Source of the DNA: an uncultured Eubacteriales bacterium | GTDB taxonomy: Bacteria > Acidobacteriota > Aminicenantia > Aminicenantales > Aminicenantaceae | Direction of reading: 5' to 3' | NCBI GenBank assembly: GCA_964540205.1 | Contig: CAZIMJ010000142.1 | Location: forward strand, 1 to 57,122 | DNA: 57,122 nt | Shown here: piece after piece, positions 44,080 through 52,003 of the stretch | Layout of the letters: every line of letters begins with the position of its first letter | Position numbering within the stretch: position 1 is the stretch's first letter | Notes under the pieces: model-generated | Told to the model about the DNA's origin: nothing | The model's database searches: none | The model's input: only the letters and a program-made list of their open reading frames with translations | Position numbers and translations under genes: made by a program

Positions 44080-45951
44080 CTATTTATCCCAACTATAGCC
44101 AAATGATATCTCGAAGATATTGACCTTGTAGTCATTGAATCCGGATATCGGTTCTTTGTAATCCACAACCCGGTAGGCCAGCTCTGCAGCCAATCCCATA
44201 AGGAATTCGTACTCAATGTAGGCTTTGAACGTGGTGCGCTTGATCTCCCAGAAACCGGTGTTTTTGTAGAAATTGGCGTAGGCACCGAAGCCCCACTGTT
44301 CATTCAGGTCCCAATCGAGGTAGAAATCCCAGAGAGTGGATTTGCCTTCGTACATGATTTCCCACATGAACGCGCCACCCGGTCCACTCCAATCTGGTGG
44401 ATATTCAACACTCCGGTCGCCCTTGTGCTCCACGTCGATAAGAGCATATCCGGCAAAAGCTTTGATCTTTTCAGTATGATATCCGGCTCGAAGGTTGAGC
44501 ATGTTTTTACTCGATTCCCAGAGCTCATCATAGAGATCATTCTTGGATTTTTGAAAGGTCATTGCTGCAGAGCCGTAGAACTCTTGCAGGCGCACTTTTG
44601 CTGTGGTTCTAAATCGATTATAGGTCATGGGGGAGGTCAGCGTATAGGGATTGTCGTAGGACCCATATTGATGGTCGAATGTTAGATTGAAGATCCGGGA
44701 AGGCGTCCACTGCAGGTTGCCGAAGATCCCATTCCTCGTTGTATCGGTTTCATAGTCTACAGTCTCCAACTCCTCGCTTTTCAACTTTCTCTTCTCGTTC
44801 CTGTATCCGAATGTCAGGCCAAATTTTGATGAGAACTGATACTGAAGTCCGGCTTCGATTCCAAGGGTGTTAAATTTGGGTTCAGTGGTTTTTGTCTCGC
44901 CATCGACGGTCATGGAGCCTTCCTGTTTGAAGTCGTGTGAGCGGACAGCTCCGATCACAGCCAGCTTGTGTGTCACGAGGTATGTGAAGTCTAATTCGTA
45001 GAGTCCGATCTTGCGCTCGAATTTTCCAGTACCACTCATACTGTAATCGAAGGGTCTTCCCAGGTAATTGACGCCATCTGTTTCCTCTGAGTAATGAAGG
45101 TCCATATCCAGGTCGCTGATCTGAGCGATTCCTTTGATCAAGAGACTATCGATCGGCTTGGTGTTGAGTTTGAATGTGTGTGTGAGAGATTTGAGATCAT
45201 AGGGTTGGTCCATGTAGAAATAGCTCAACGAAGAAGGATACCCTGCCCCAGCTCCACCATCGGCTGCGCCAGGAAGGAAGTAACTATTGGTATTTTCGTA
45301 CTCCCGGACTTTTGCCTCATAGACAAGAGAGAGGCGTGAAAAGTGAACATCCACACCTACGGCGATCTCATCAGATTTTTCCTCGATGGGCTTATCGAAC
45401 TCGAATTCGATCCTGTTGATGTCGAGTGTTGTAACACTCATTCCTTTCTTTGTGAATCCGAAATACGAAGCAAAAAGCTGAACATTCTTTGATGCCTCTA
45501 ATGAGAACATCGCGCTGTCCATCGTCCTGTCGAAATCAAAGGTGTGGTAATCGTAGAGGTGGCCGTTGAACTGAGTCTGGTCTGCGTAAAAATAGGCAGA
45601 TTTTCTCCGTTCCCACTTGAATTTATAGCTTCCGTATTTCTGGACGGTGAGATCGAACGACTGGAAAGGTTCGATCCCTAGATTGCGGACGCTGATATCC
45701 AGACGGTCGAAGAATGTCTTGAGGGTTTCTTCCGGCGTGTAACTGAGGTTGAATGAGTGTAGATACGCTCCTGAGCCGAGGTTGATATCTTCTTTGTACT
45801 TTGTGTAAGCTCCGCTGGTGTCGACGAACCGGTAACCGAACTTGAAGTCTCCTTTGAACTTTTTCGCTTCCTCTTGAGCGGAGAGAGAAAATGTCATTGA
45901 TAGGACAAAGACAAACAATAAAACGGGCAATATAATTTTTATTCTTCTCAA
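44080..45951 (-). CDS. putative outer-membrane beta-barrel protein (MtrB/PioB-like position in a porin-cytochrome operon)
   Basis: Signal peptide MRRIKIILPVLLFVFVLSMTFSLSAQ. 623 aa of alternating aromatic/polar beta-strand-like segments with no Cys or heme motifs. Sits between two decaheme genes. Confidence 0.65.
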   Translation of the reverse strand: MRRIKIILPVLLFVFVLSMTFSLSAQEEAKKFKGDFKFGYRFVDTSGAYTKYKEDINLGSGAYLHSFNLSYTPEETLKTFFDRLDISVRNLGIEPFQSFDLTVQKYGSYKFKWERRKSAYFYADQTQFNGHLYDYHTFDFDRTMDSAMFSLEASKNVQLFASYFGFTKKGMSVTTLDINRIEFEFDKPIEEKSDEIAVGVDVHFSRLSLVYEAKVREYENTNSYFLPGAADGGAGAGYPSSLSYFYMDQPYDLKSLTHTFKLNTKPIDSLLIKGIAQISDLDMDLHYSEETDGVNYLGRPFDYSMSGTGKFERKIGLYELDFTYLVTHKLAVIGAVRSHDFKQEGSMTVDGETKTTEPKFNTLGIEAGLQYQFSSKFGLTFGYRNEKRKLKSEELETVDYETDTTRNGIFGNLQWTPSRIFNLTFDHQYGSYDNPYTLTSPMTYNRFRTTAKVRLQEFYGSAAMTFQKSKNDLYDELWESSKNMLNLRAGYHTEKIKAFAGYALIDVEHKGDRSVEYPPDWSGPGGAFMWEIMYEGKSTLWDFYLDWDLNEQWGFGAYANFYKNTGFWEIKRTTFKAYIEYEFLMGLAAELAYRVVDYKEPISGFNDYKVNIFEISFGYSWDK

Positions 45952-45960
45952 TTTTCTCTC

Positions 45961-46818
45961 CTATTTCAAAAAGATCTTGCTCAGATTGGAACCGTGAATG
46001 GTTGCGTGACAGCTCGTACAATTTGTCGAGTAGGAATCGAAGCGTTCGTGCCAGGCAGGTGCTGCCCCATGACAACTGAAGCAGAGGTCCGCAATGCTGT
46101 GGAATGTGAGCATGTGCCTGTTGGGGCTTCCGTGGACATCATGGCATGCGGAGCAACCTTCGATCCTCGATGCGCCGTGTTCATGAAGGTAAGGGCCTTC
46201 CTTATCTGTGTGGCATTTGAAGCAGGATTCGTGCTTGAAGCCTCCTAAGCGCTCTCGTGTGGCTGGAACATGAGGATCATGACAGTCCGAGCAGTCCATG
46301 ATTCCTTCCTGGAGTCTGTGGCGTTCGTTTAACTGGAACTCGGAAAAAACTTCCTGATGACAGATATAACAAGTTTTTGTCGCGCCAAGCTTTAGGAGAG
46401 AAGGATTTGTCTCTTCCGCGTGCATGACATGGCAAGAGGTACAGTCCATGGAAGCTTTTCCATGGGGGCTTGCAAAGTAAGCGGAATTGGACTTGGCATG
46501 ACATGTCAGGCATTTGTCAGTTTTCGCGTTCGGAACATCTGTGGATTTAAAAGCAAAGATGTTTGCTCCCCCTCCTTCTTCGAAGTGCGTCTCAGCATCG
46601 CCGTGGCAAGCCGTGCAGCTGTTATTAACAGCATGAGGCTTGGACATGAATGCTTTGGCCAAGTCTTCATGACAATCGGCGCAAGTGTCGATATCCGCTT
46701 CTTGAACAACAGGTTTGGCAGCGGATAGATACCCTGCAACGACCAGCGCTAAGCCAATGAGCACGATCATCTGGAGGGAGGGCCATGTTTTCTGTTTTGT
46801 GAATTTTGTGTGCAACAA
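45961..46818 (-). CDS. periplasmic decaheme c-type cytochrome, MtrA/DmsE-like
   Basis: 285 aa with 10 CXXCH motifs (about one heme per 28 aa) and a signal peptide. Immediately upstream of the beta-barrel gene. Confidence 0.85.
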   Translation of the reverse strand: MLHTKFTKQKTWPSLQMIVLIGLALVVAGYLSAAKPVVQEADIDTCADCHEDLAKAFMSKPHAVNNSCTACHGDAETHFEEGGGANIFAFKSTDVPNAKTDKCLTCHAKSNSAYFASPHGKASMDCTSCHVMHAEETNPSLLKLGATKTCYICHQEVFSEFQLNERHRLQEGIMDCSDCHDPHVPATRERLGGFKHESCFKCHTDKEGPYLHEHGASRIEGCSACHDVHGSPNRHMLTFHSIADLCFSCHGAAPAWHERFDSYSTNCTSCHATIHGSNLSKIFLK

Positions 46819-46828
46819 AGACCTCCTA

Positions 46829-47209
46829 TTAGTAGGTTTTTCCCTTATTTTTTTTATCCTCTATCCCTTGAGATAGAGCCCTGATTTGCCCTGAATCGAA
46901 GGGTTTCTCGATGATGGCATTTACTGAAATGCCTTCGATTTGGGACTCGATCTGCTTTTGAGATTGGGCGGACAGGATGATTATTTGTGTTTCTGGATGA
47001 GACTTCTTCAGTTTTTTCAGCATGTCAATGCAGTTCTCATCTTCAATTTCAAAATCAACAAAGATCAACTGGTACGAAACTTTTTCTGTTTGGCTAAAAG
47101 CGTCGTTTATGTTGGAAACAACATCTACGTAATGGCCTTCCTGGGCAAGTATTTCCTTTAAAGACCATCGGATAAGCTTGTCATCGTCAATTACGAGTAC
47201 TTTTAGCAT
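46829..47209 (-). CDS. single-domain response regulator (CheY-like receiver)
   Basis: MLKVLVIDDD..., phospho-acceptor context LIFVDFEI, ILSA, EKPF. No output domain. ATG 47209 follows AAGGTG. Confidence 0.9.
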   Translation of the reverse strand: MLKVLVIDDDKLIRWSLKEILAQEGHYVDVVSNINDAFSQTEKVSYQLIFVDFEIEDENCIDMLKKLKKSHPETQIIILSAQSQKQIESQIEGISVNAIIEKPFDSGQIRALSQGIEDKKNKGKTY

Positions 47210-47238
47210 AAACACACCTTTATTCTAAGTCTCTATTT

Positions 47239-47254
47239 AGCAATAGTTGTGCCA
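47239..47254 (-). promoter_or_regulatory. sigma54 (-24/-12) promoter
   Basis: Minus strand reads TGGCAC-AACTA-TTGCT, a perfect match to TGGCAC-N5-TTGCW. Lies about 30 nt upstream of the receiver gene ATG. Confidence 0.65.
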
Positions 47255-47347
47255 AGATGGAGAATTCGGGCGTATTAATGTATGTCATTGAAAATAATGA
47301 GTTTGTAATTTGATTTTTTGAGTGGATAAAATTTGCAGAAATAATTA

Positions 47348-47383
47348 TGGGTGAAATACACCAAAAGTGGGTGATATCACCCA
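47348..47383. promoter_or_regulatory. candidate enhancer (UAS) for a sigma54 activator
   Basis: Half-site TGGGTGA, then 13 nt, then the perfect 16-bp palindrome TGGGTGATATCACCCA. Lies about 95-130 bp upstream of the sigma54 promoter. The same architecture occurs at 35935-35970. Confidence 0.55.
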
Positions 47384-47389
47384 CTTTTT
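47363..47389 (-). terminator. possible bidirectional intrinsic terminator (overlaps the palindromic UAS)
   Basis: AAAA-GTGGGTGATATCACCCAC-TTTTT lies about 55 nt downstream of the stop of the sigma54 activator gene. This is an alternative or additional reading of the same palindrome. Confidence 0.4.
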
Positions 47390-47440
47390 CACTTGATCGG
47401 ATGTGCTGATTGTTGGGAGAACAGCGAGGAAATAGAGGTA

Positions 47441-48832
47441 TCATTCAGGCAGGTTAATATCTTTAGAAGTGATGTTCCATTTTTTTGTCTTGTAACGCAT
47501 GGCATCTCGTGTGATGCCCAATGTTTTTGCGGCTTTTGATTTATTCCCATGAGCTTTGTTCAGAGCCCTGATCAAGAGGTATTTTTCGGCATCAGCTAAG
47601 GTCATTGCCCTTCCAAGAGCTTGTTTCTTTGGCTGAGCCGGGTATGAAGAAGGCCTTCTGTCTGAATGGAAGGGGAGGTGTTTAGCCGTGATATAAGGCC
47701 CCTGTTCAAAGATCATGGCTCTCTCTATGGCATTTTTCAACTCTCGGACGTTTCCCGGCCAGTCGTAATCCAGGAATAGCTTTTGGGCCTCTTTGTCAAG
47801 GCCTTGGATGTTTTTCCTGAATCTGATGTTCTCTTGTCGGACAAAAAAACCGCCAAGCGGAAGAATATCGGTTTTCCTTTCCCGCAAGGGAGGGATGTAA
47901 ATGGGGCAAACGTTGAGCCTATAGTAGAGGTCGTGCCGGAACTTTTCCTCTCCAGTCGCTGTTTCAAGGTCTTGGTTTGTGGTGGCGACCACGCGGATAT
48001 CGACTTCGATGTCTTTGAGTCCGCCAACCCGCTTGAATGACTGTGTCTCTAAAAATCGCAACAACTTTGCCTGTAGAGGAAGACTCATTGTCCCGATCTC
48101 GTCAAGAAGGAGTGTTCCTTTATGTGCGAGTTCGACCAGACCCTTTTTCTGTTGTTTGGCATCGGTAAATGCACCTTTTTCGTAGCCGAATAATTCGCTC
48201 TCCAGAAGATTCTCGGGAATGGCAGAACAGTTTATAGCCTGATATGACGCTGCTTTCCTTCGGCTGAGATAGTGAATGGCCTGTGCCAAAAGGTCTTTTC
48301 CGGTTCCGCTCTCACCCTGCAAAAGCACAATTTTGGCCTCGCTCTGGGCGACTATCTGGGTGATCTCAAGAATCTTTTTCATCGTCTTGGATTCAGTGAC
48401 AATAGAAGACAGGTCGAACTGCTTTTGTTCTTTTTCTTTGTAGTATGCGACTTCTTTTTTAAGAGATGCTGTTTCCAGAGCATTGTTCACTGCGCTCTGT
48501 AGTTTGAGGTCGTTGATCGGCTTTGCGATAAAATCATACGCTCCACGGCGCATAGCTGTCACCGCATCGTCGATAGAACCATAAGCTGTGATCATAATCA
48601 CCGGGATTCCTGGCCACTGGCCCTTTATCTCCTCAAGGAACTCTGTCCCTTTCTGATCCGGAAGATTGACATCAAGAACCACCAGGTCAGGGGATTCTCT
48701 CTCTAATATTTGTCTCCCCAACTCACAGGTTTCAGCCTCGAGAGTTTCCAAGTTCCATTCGGAAAACTTTTGAATCAGACTCCATCGGATGAGTTTCTCA
48801 TCGTCGATAATAAGGATCCTCTTTCTGCTCAT
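47441..48832 (-). CDS. sigma54-dependent response regulator (NtrC family enhancer-binding protein)
   Basis: Receiver domain (ILIIDDE, VVLDVNLPD), AAA+ domain (GESGTGKDLLA, ESELFGYEKGAFTDA) and a C-terminal Fis-type HTH (AAKTLGITRDAMRYK). ATG 48832 is preferred to GTG 48838. Confidence 0.95.
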   Translation of the reverse strand: MSRKRILIIDDEKLIRWSLIQKFSEWNLETLEAETCELGRQILERESPDLVVLDVNLPDQKGTEFLEEIKGQWPGIPVIMITAYGSIDDAVTAMRRGAYDFIAKPINDLKLQSAVNNALETASLKKEVAYYKEKEQKQFDLSSIVTESKTMKKILEITQIVAQSEAKIVLLQGESGTGKDLLAQAIHYLSRRKAASYQAINCSAIPENLLESELFGYEKGAFTDAKQQKKGLVELAHKGTLLLDEIGTMSLPLQAKLLRFLETQSFKRVGGLKDIEVDIRVVATTNQDLETATGEEKFRHDLYYRLNVCPIYIPPLRERKTDILPLGGFFVRQENIRFRKNIQGLDKEAQKLFLDYDWPGNVRELKNAIERAMIFEQGPYITAKHLPFHSDRRPSSYPAQPKKQALGRAMTLADAEKYLLIRALNKAHGNKSKAAKTLGITRDAMRYKTKKWNITSKDINLPE

Positions 48833-48834
48833 GG

Positions 48835-50325
48835 TCACTCAGCCCGATTGATAAGAGAAAGGCGAATGGTGAAGACCGTTCCCTTTCCCTCTTCACTTTG
48901 GACATCTATAGAGCCCTTGTGGGCCTCGATGGTCTTTTTGCAGATGGAAAGCCCCAGTCCCGTTCCACGTCTTCGTGTCGTGAAAAAGGGATCAAACACT
49001 TGGGTGAGATGTTCGGCCTTAATTCCTTTTCCATCGTCCCTAATGGCGATTTCCAGCCATCGATCTTTTTGTTGATTCAGGTCGATCGAAATTTCCCCTT
49101 TCTCTTCTATCGCCGCGATACTATTTATCAAAAGATTCAGAATGACTTCCTGGATCTTGTTTTCATCACATAGTATTTGAATCTCTTCTTTGGATTTTTC
49201 CATATGGAACTTGATGTCCTTTTGTTGCGTTTGGGATTGAGCGAAAGTGACAGCTCTTTGGATACATTCGTTTGGATTGACGGGTTTCAAGTTGATTTCT
49301 CTTGGCCGTGCATAGCTCAACAGGTCTTGGACGATGTTGTAAATACGGTCTATCTGTTGCAGGATCTCCGTAAAGATCTCCTTTTGTGGGTCGGCGGGAT
49401 CCGTCCTTTGGTTGATGACTTCTAAGGCTCCTTTAATGCCGGCAATAGGATTTTTTATCTCATGAGCGAGCCCTGCCGCCAGCTCCCCCATCGATGCGAG
49501 GTGCCCCGCCTTTTCCAATTCTCTGCCGTGCAATTCTTCGATTTGTTGCTTTGCCAGTCTAAGATTTGAGACCATGATGTTAAAGCTCTGGGTGAGATCC
49601 CCGATGTCATCATTTTTTAAGGGTCTAAGCTGAACGTGGAGGTTGCCCCCTTGAACTTGATTCATCTTATTCTTTAATTGGGATAGGGGTCGGTTTATGA
49701 TTTTTTCAAAAAGGCGCAGAGTGATAAAGATCAGTACCCCTAGTGCAAGGAAACTTATGATAACAGATCTGAGTTGGGTTTTGTAAATGAACGCAGCCAT
49801 AGGTATTTCCTCAAGATCCATTTCAAGCAGGGCGATTATTCTCTTATCGGATGAATGGCATGCATAACATTCCTCTTTGTTTTGGATGGTGTAAAAAGTT
49901 TGATTTGTGGAAATGTGGTTAATCTTTGGAATAATCGCTTGATCCACACCTGAATAGAGCTCATTTACTTTCTGGATTCGATTTTCTGAGATGTAGTTAC
50001 CAACTTCATCGAAATCTGAAGATTCTAATATTTTCCCTTTGAAGTCGATGATGCGAAGGCTTTTAATTTTATTCGAATCAGCCAGACGCTGCAAAGCGTA
50101 GCCCACATCATTTGGCTTTCCCTCTTGCATTCGATGGGTGACGCTGTATTCTATCATCGAGCCTACAAGTTCTGCCTTCTCTTGACTTAATGTATTGATG
50201 ATGTTTTTTTGTGTGGATAGATAGAGGTACGTCAAAAGGGCGCCCGCCGATATTCCGATGACCACAATGTGAAGGACGATCTTGTTTTTTAAATTCCAAT
50301 CTTTGAGTCGCAGATTTATTTTCAT
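48835..50325 (-). CDS. sensor histidine kinase with a periplasmic CXXCH (c-heme) sensor domain, HAMP, HisKA and HATPase
   Basis: Two TM helices flank a periplasmic domain of about 140 aa that contains CYACH (49869-49855). HAMP region, H-box GLAHEIKNP, and N/G boxes (RRRGTGLGLSI). Confidence 0.9.
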   Translation of the reverse strand: MKINLRLKDWNLKNKIVLHIVVIGISAGALLTYLYLSTQKNIINTLSQEKAELVGSMIEYSVTHRMQEGKPNDVGYALQRLADSNKIKSLRIIDFKGKILESSDFDEVGNYISENRIQKVNELYSGVDQAIIPKINHISTNQTFYTIQNKEECYACHSSDKRIIALLEMDLEEIPMAAFIYKTQLRSVIISFLALGVLIFITLRLFEKIINRPLSQLKNKMNQVQGGNLHVQLRPLKNDDIGDLTQSFNIMVSNLRLAKQQIEELHGRELEKAGHLASMGELAAGLAHEIKNPIAGIKGALEVINQRTDPADPQKEIFTEILQQIDRIYNIVQDLLSYARPREINLKPVNPNECIQRAVTFAQSQTQQKDIKFHMEKSKEEIQILCDENKIQEVILNLLINSIAAIEEKGEISIDLNQQKDRWLEIAIRDDGKGIKAEHLTQVFDPFFTTRRRGTGLGLSICKKTIEAHKGSIDVQSEEGKGTVFTIRLSLINRAE

Positions 50326-50338
50326 TACCTTCTTCAGT

Positions 50339-51373
50339 TTAAAATTGCAAAATAAATTCTGTTCCCGGCTCCCTCCGCATCTCTATTTCTCCATCGAGCT
50401 GATCGACCAAATTCATAACTATTTGCATTCCGAGAGTGGTTGCATTACGGAAATCTATGGTTTCGGGAAATCCTATCCCATTGTCTTTAAAATGCAGGAT
50501 TTGACTTCCGCATGCCGCTTTACCCAGACTTATAACAATCTCTCCTTTCAAGTCATCAGGAAATGCATGCTTCAGGGCATTGGATAACAATTCATTGATT
50601 ATCAAAGTACAGGGGATGGCTTTGTCCAAGACAAGATTTACATCCTGGATTTCCCTTTGGACTCGAATGTTTTTTATACCTTCACAATACAGAGAAAAAG
50701 AATAGCTGATCAATTTCTCTAGTGGATTTGAAATATTAATTCGCAATAAGCTCGGGGAGTTATACAATCTCCTCTTGATGAAGTCTATGGTTTTTATTCG
50801 GTTTTTTGCTGCCTGTATGTCTGCCTCAATCGTTTCTTTTTCGAGTTTCTCATGTAATAATTCCAGAATCCGGGAAAAGACCTCGTGGTCAAATCTTGCT
50901 TGGCGTTTAATTTCATCACGGATAATTTCATTCTCTCTGTACGTGGACATGATGAGTTCTTCGGCCAGCTTTCGCTCATGAATATCCCTGACGACACTCA
51001 GGATGATCTTATGATCTTTGTAGTTTATGTAGCGGGCACTCACCTCTACTGGCATGACAGTCCCGTCTTTCCTCCGGTCGGCTGACTCGAATATCGCCAC
51101 CCCATCCTTCTTCAGTTGGCCGACTCTTTCCCTAACTTTTTCGGAGAATTCTGGTGCTACCAAATCCTTCAGGGACATCTTGAGCAGATCTTGTTTCTTG
51201 AATCCCAGACGTTTGTACATCGTCTGATTGACATCAAATATGTGACCTTCGGTGTCATGAATGATAATTCCATCATTGGTACTCTCAAAGATCATCCTGT
51301 ATAAATTTTCGGATTCAAGGAGGATTTTTAATTCTTTTATGAGGCGTTCATTAGGCTTGTCTGTGTCTTTCAT
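50339..51373 (-). CDS. cytoplasmic PAS-domain sensor kinase (HisKA_2/HATPase-like) with a divergent H-box
   Basis: PAS domain (ENLYRMIFESTNDGIIIHD...), then FDHEVFSRIL in place of the usual HHRVKNNL, then an ATPase domain (INELLSNALKHAF, DNGIGF). Confidence 0.75.
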   Translation of the reverse strand: MKDTDKPNERLIKELKILLESENLYRMIFESTNDGIIIHDTEGHIFDVNQTMYKRLGFKKQDLLKMSLKDLVAPEFSEKVRERVGQLKKDGVAIFESADRRKDGTVMPVEVSARYINYKDHKIILSVVRDIHERKLAEELIMSTYRENEIIRDEIKRQARFDHEVFSRILELLHEKLEKETIEADIQAAKNRIKTIDFIKRRLYNSPSLLRINISNPLEKLISYSFSLYCEGIKNIRVQREIQDVNLVLDKAIPCTLIINELLSNALKHAFPDDLKGEIVISLGKAACGSQILHFKDNGIGFPETIDFRNATTLGMQIVMNLVDQLDGEIEMRREPGTEFILQF

Positions 51374-51477
51374 TGTATTAATTCAGTTCCCCTTTACCCT
51401 TTCATAATATTCCCATGCAAAAAAATCCGCTTTAATAATTGCTGATTATGAGAAGTGGATAAATAAAAAATCTGGTA

Positions 51478-51915
51478 TTATTTTTTGCTTTTTTTCTTTT
51501 TATCCTCACGATCTGTGAGGTCTTGAAGAGTCAAGCTCTCGAAATAATCTTGCAGCATTGAGCTTGCTTCTTTCCAGACTTCGTGTGTAGCGCAAACATC
51601 TACACGGTCGCAGTAATCGTCATCTTCTACACAATCCACAAGACTCATTGTGCCTTCGAGGGAATTGAGGATGTCGCTGAGTTGGATCTGAGAAGGGTGG
51701 CGGGCCAGGATGTAGCCTCCACCTGCACCCCGGATGCTCTTGACGAGCTTGTTGATCTTGAGAGGTATGATGATCTGCTCCAAGTAGCGGATGGAGATTT
51801 CTTCTGAATCCGAGACGTTTTTGAGAATAATGGCGTCGTTGCCGTTGTTATAATTATGGGCGAGATTCAGCATCAAACGTGTGCCGTATCTGCCTTTGGT
51901 CGAAAGTCTGATCAT
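51478..51915 (-). CDS. Rrf2-family transcriptional regulator (IscR/NsrR-like, three-Cys cluster motif)
   Basis: MIRLSTKGRYGTRLMLNLA wHTH N-terminus, GGGYILAR, and C-x6-C-x5-C (CVEDDDYCDRVDVC). Confidence 0.9.
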   Translation of the reverse strand: MIRLSTKGRYGTRLMLNLAHNYNNGNDAIILKNVSDSEEISIRYLEQIIIPLKINKLVKSIRGAGGGYILARHPSQIQLSDILNSLEGTMSLVDCVEDDDYCDRVDVCATHEVWKEASSMLQDYFESLTLQDLTDREDKKKKSKK

Positions 51916-52003
51916 TTGACTCTCCTTTTCGACTATAATTTATAGAGGATTACTCAGTATTATGCTACAAAAAATACTCCCTGATTTCAACACAAATTTA
52001 AAG

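Noticed and set aside
47363-47389. Reading the 47368 palindrome purely as an intrinsic terminator
   Set aside because: This is not fully rejected; it is kept as a low-confidence feature. The near-identical 16-mer at 35935 lacks A/T runs, and both copies share an extra half-site at 13-nt spacing next to sigma54 promoters. A protein-binding role explains the conservation better.
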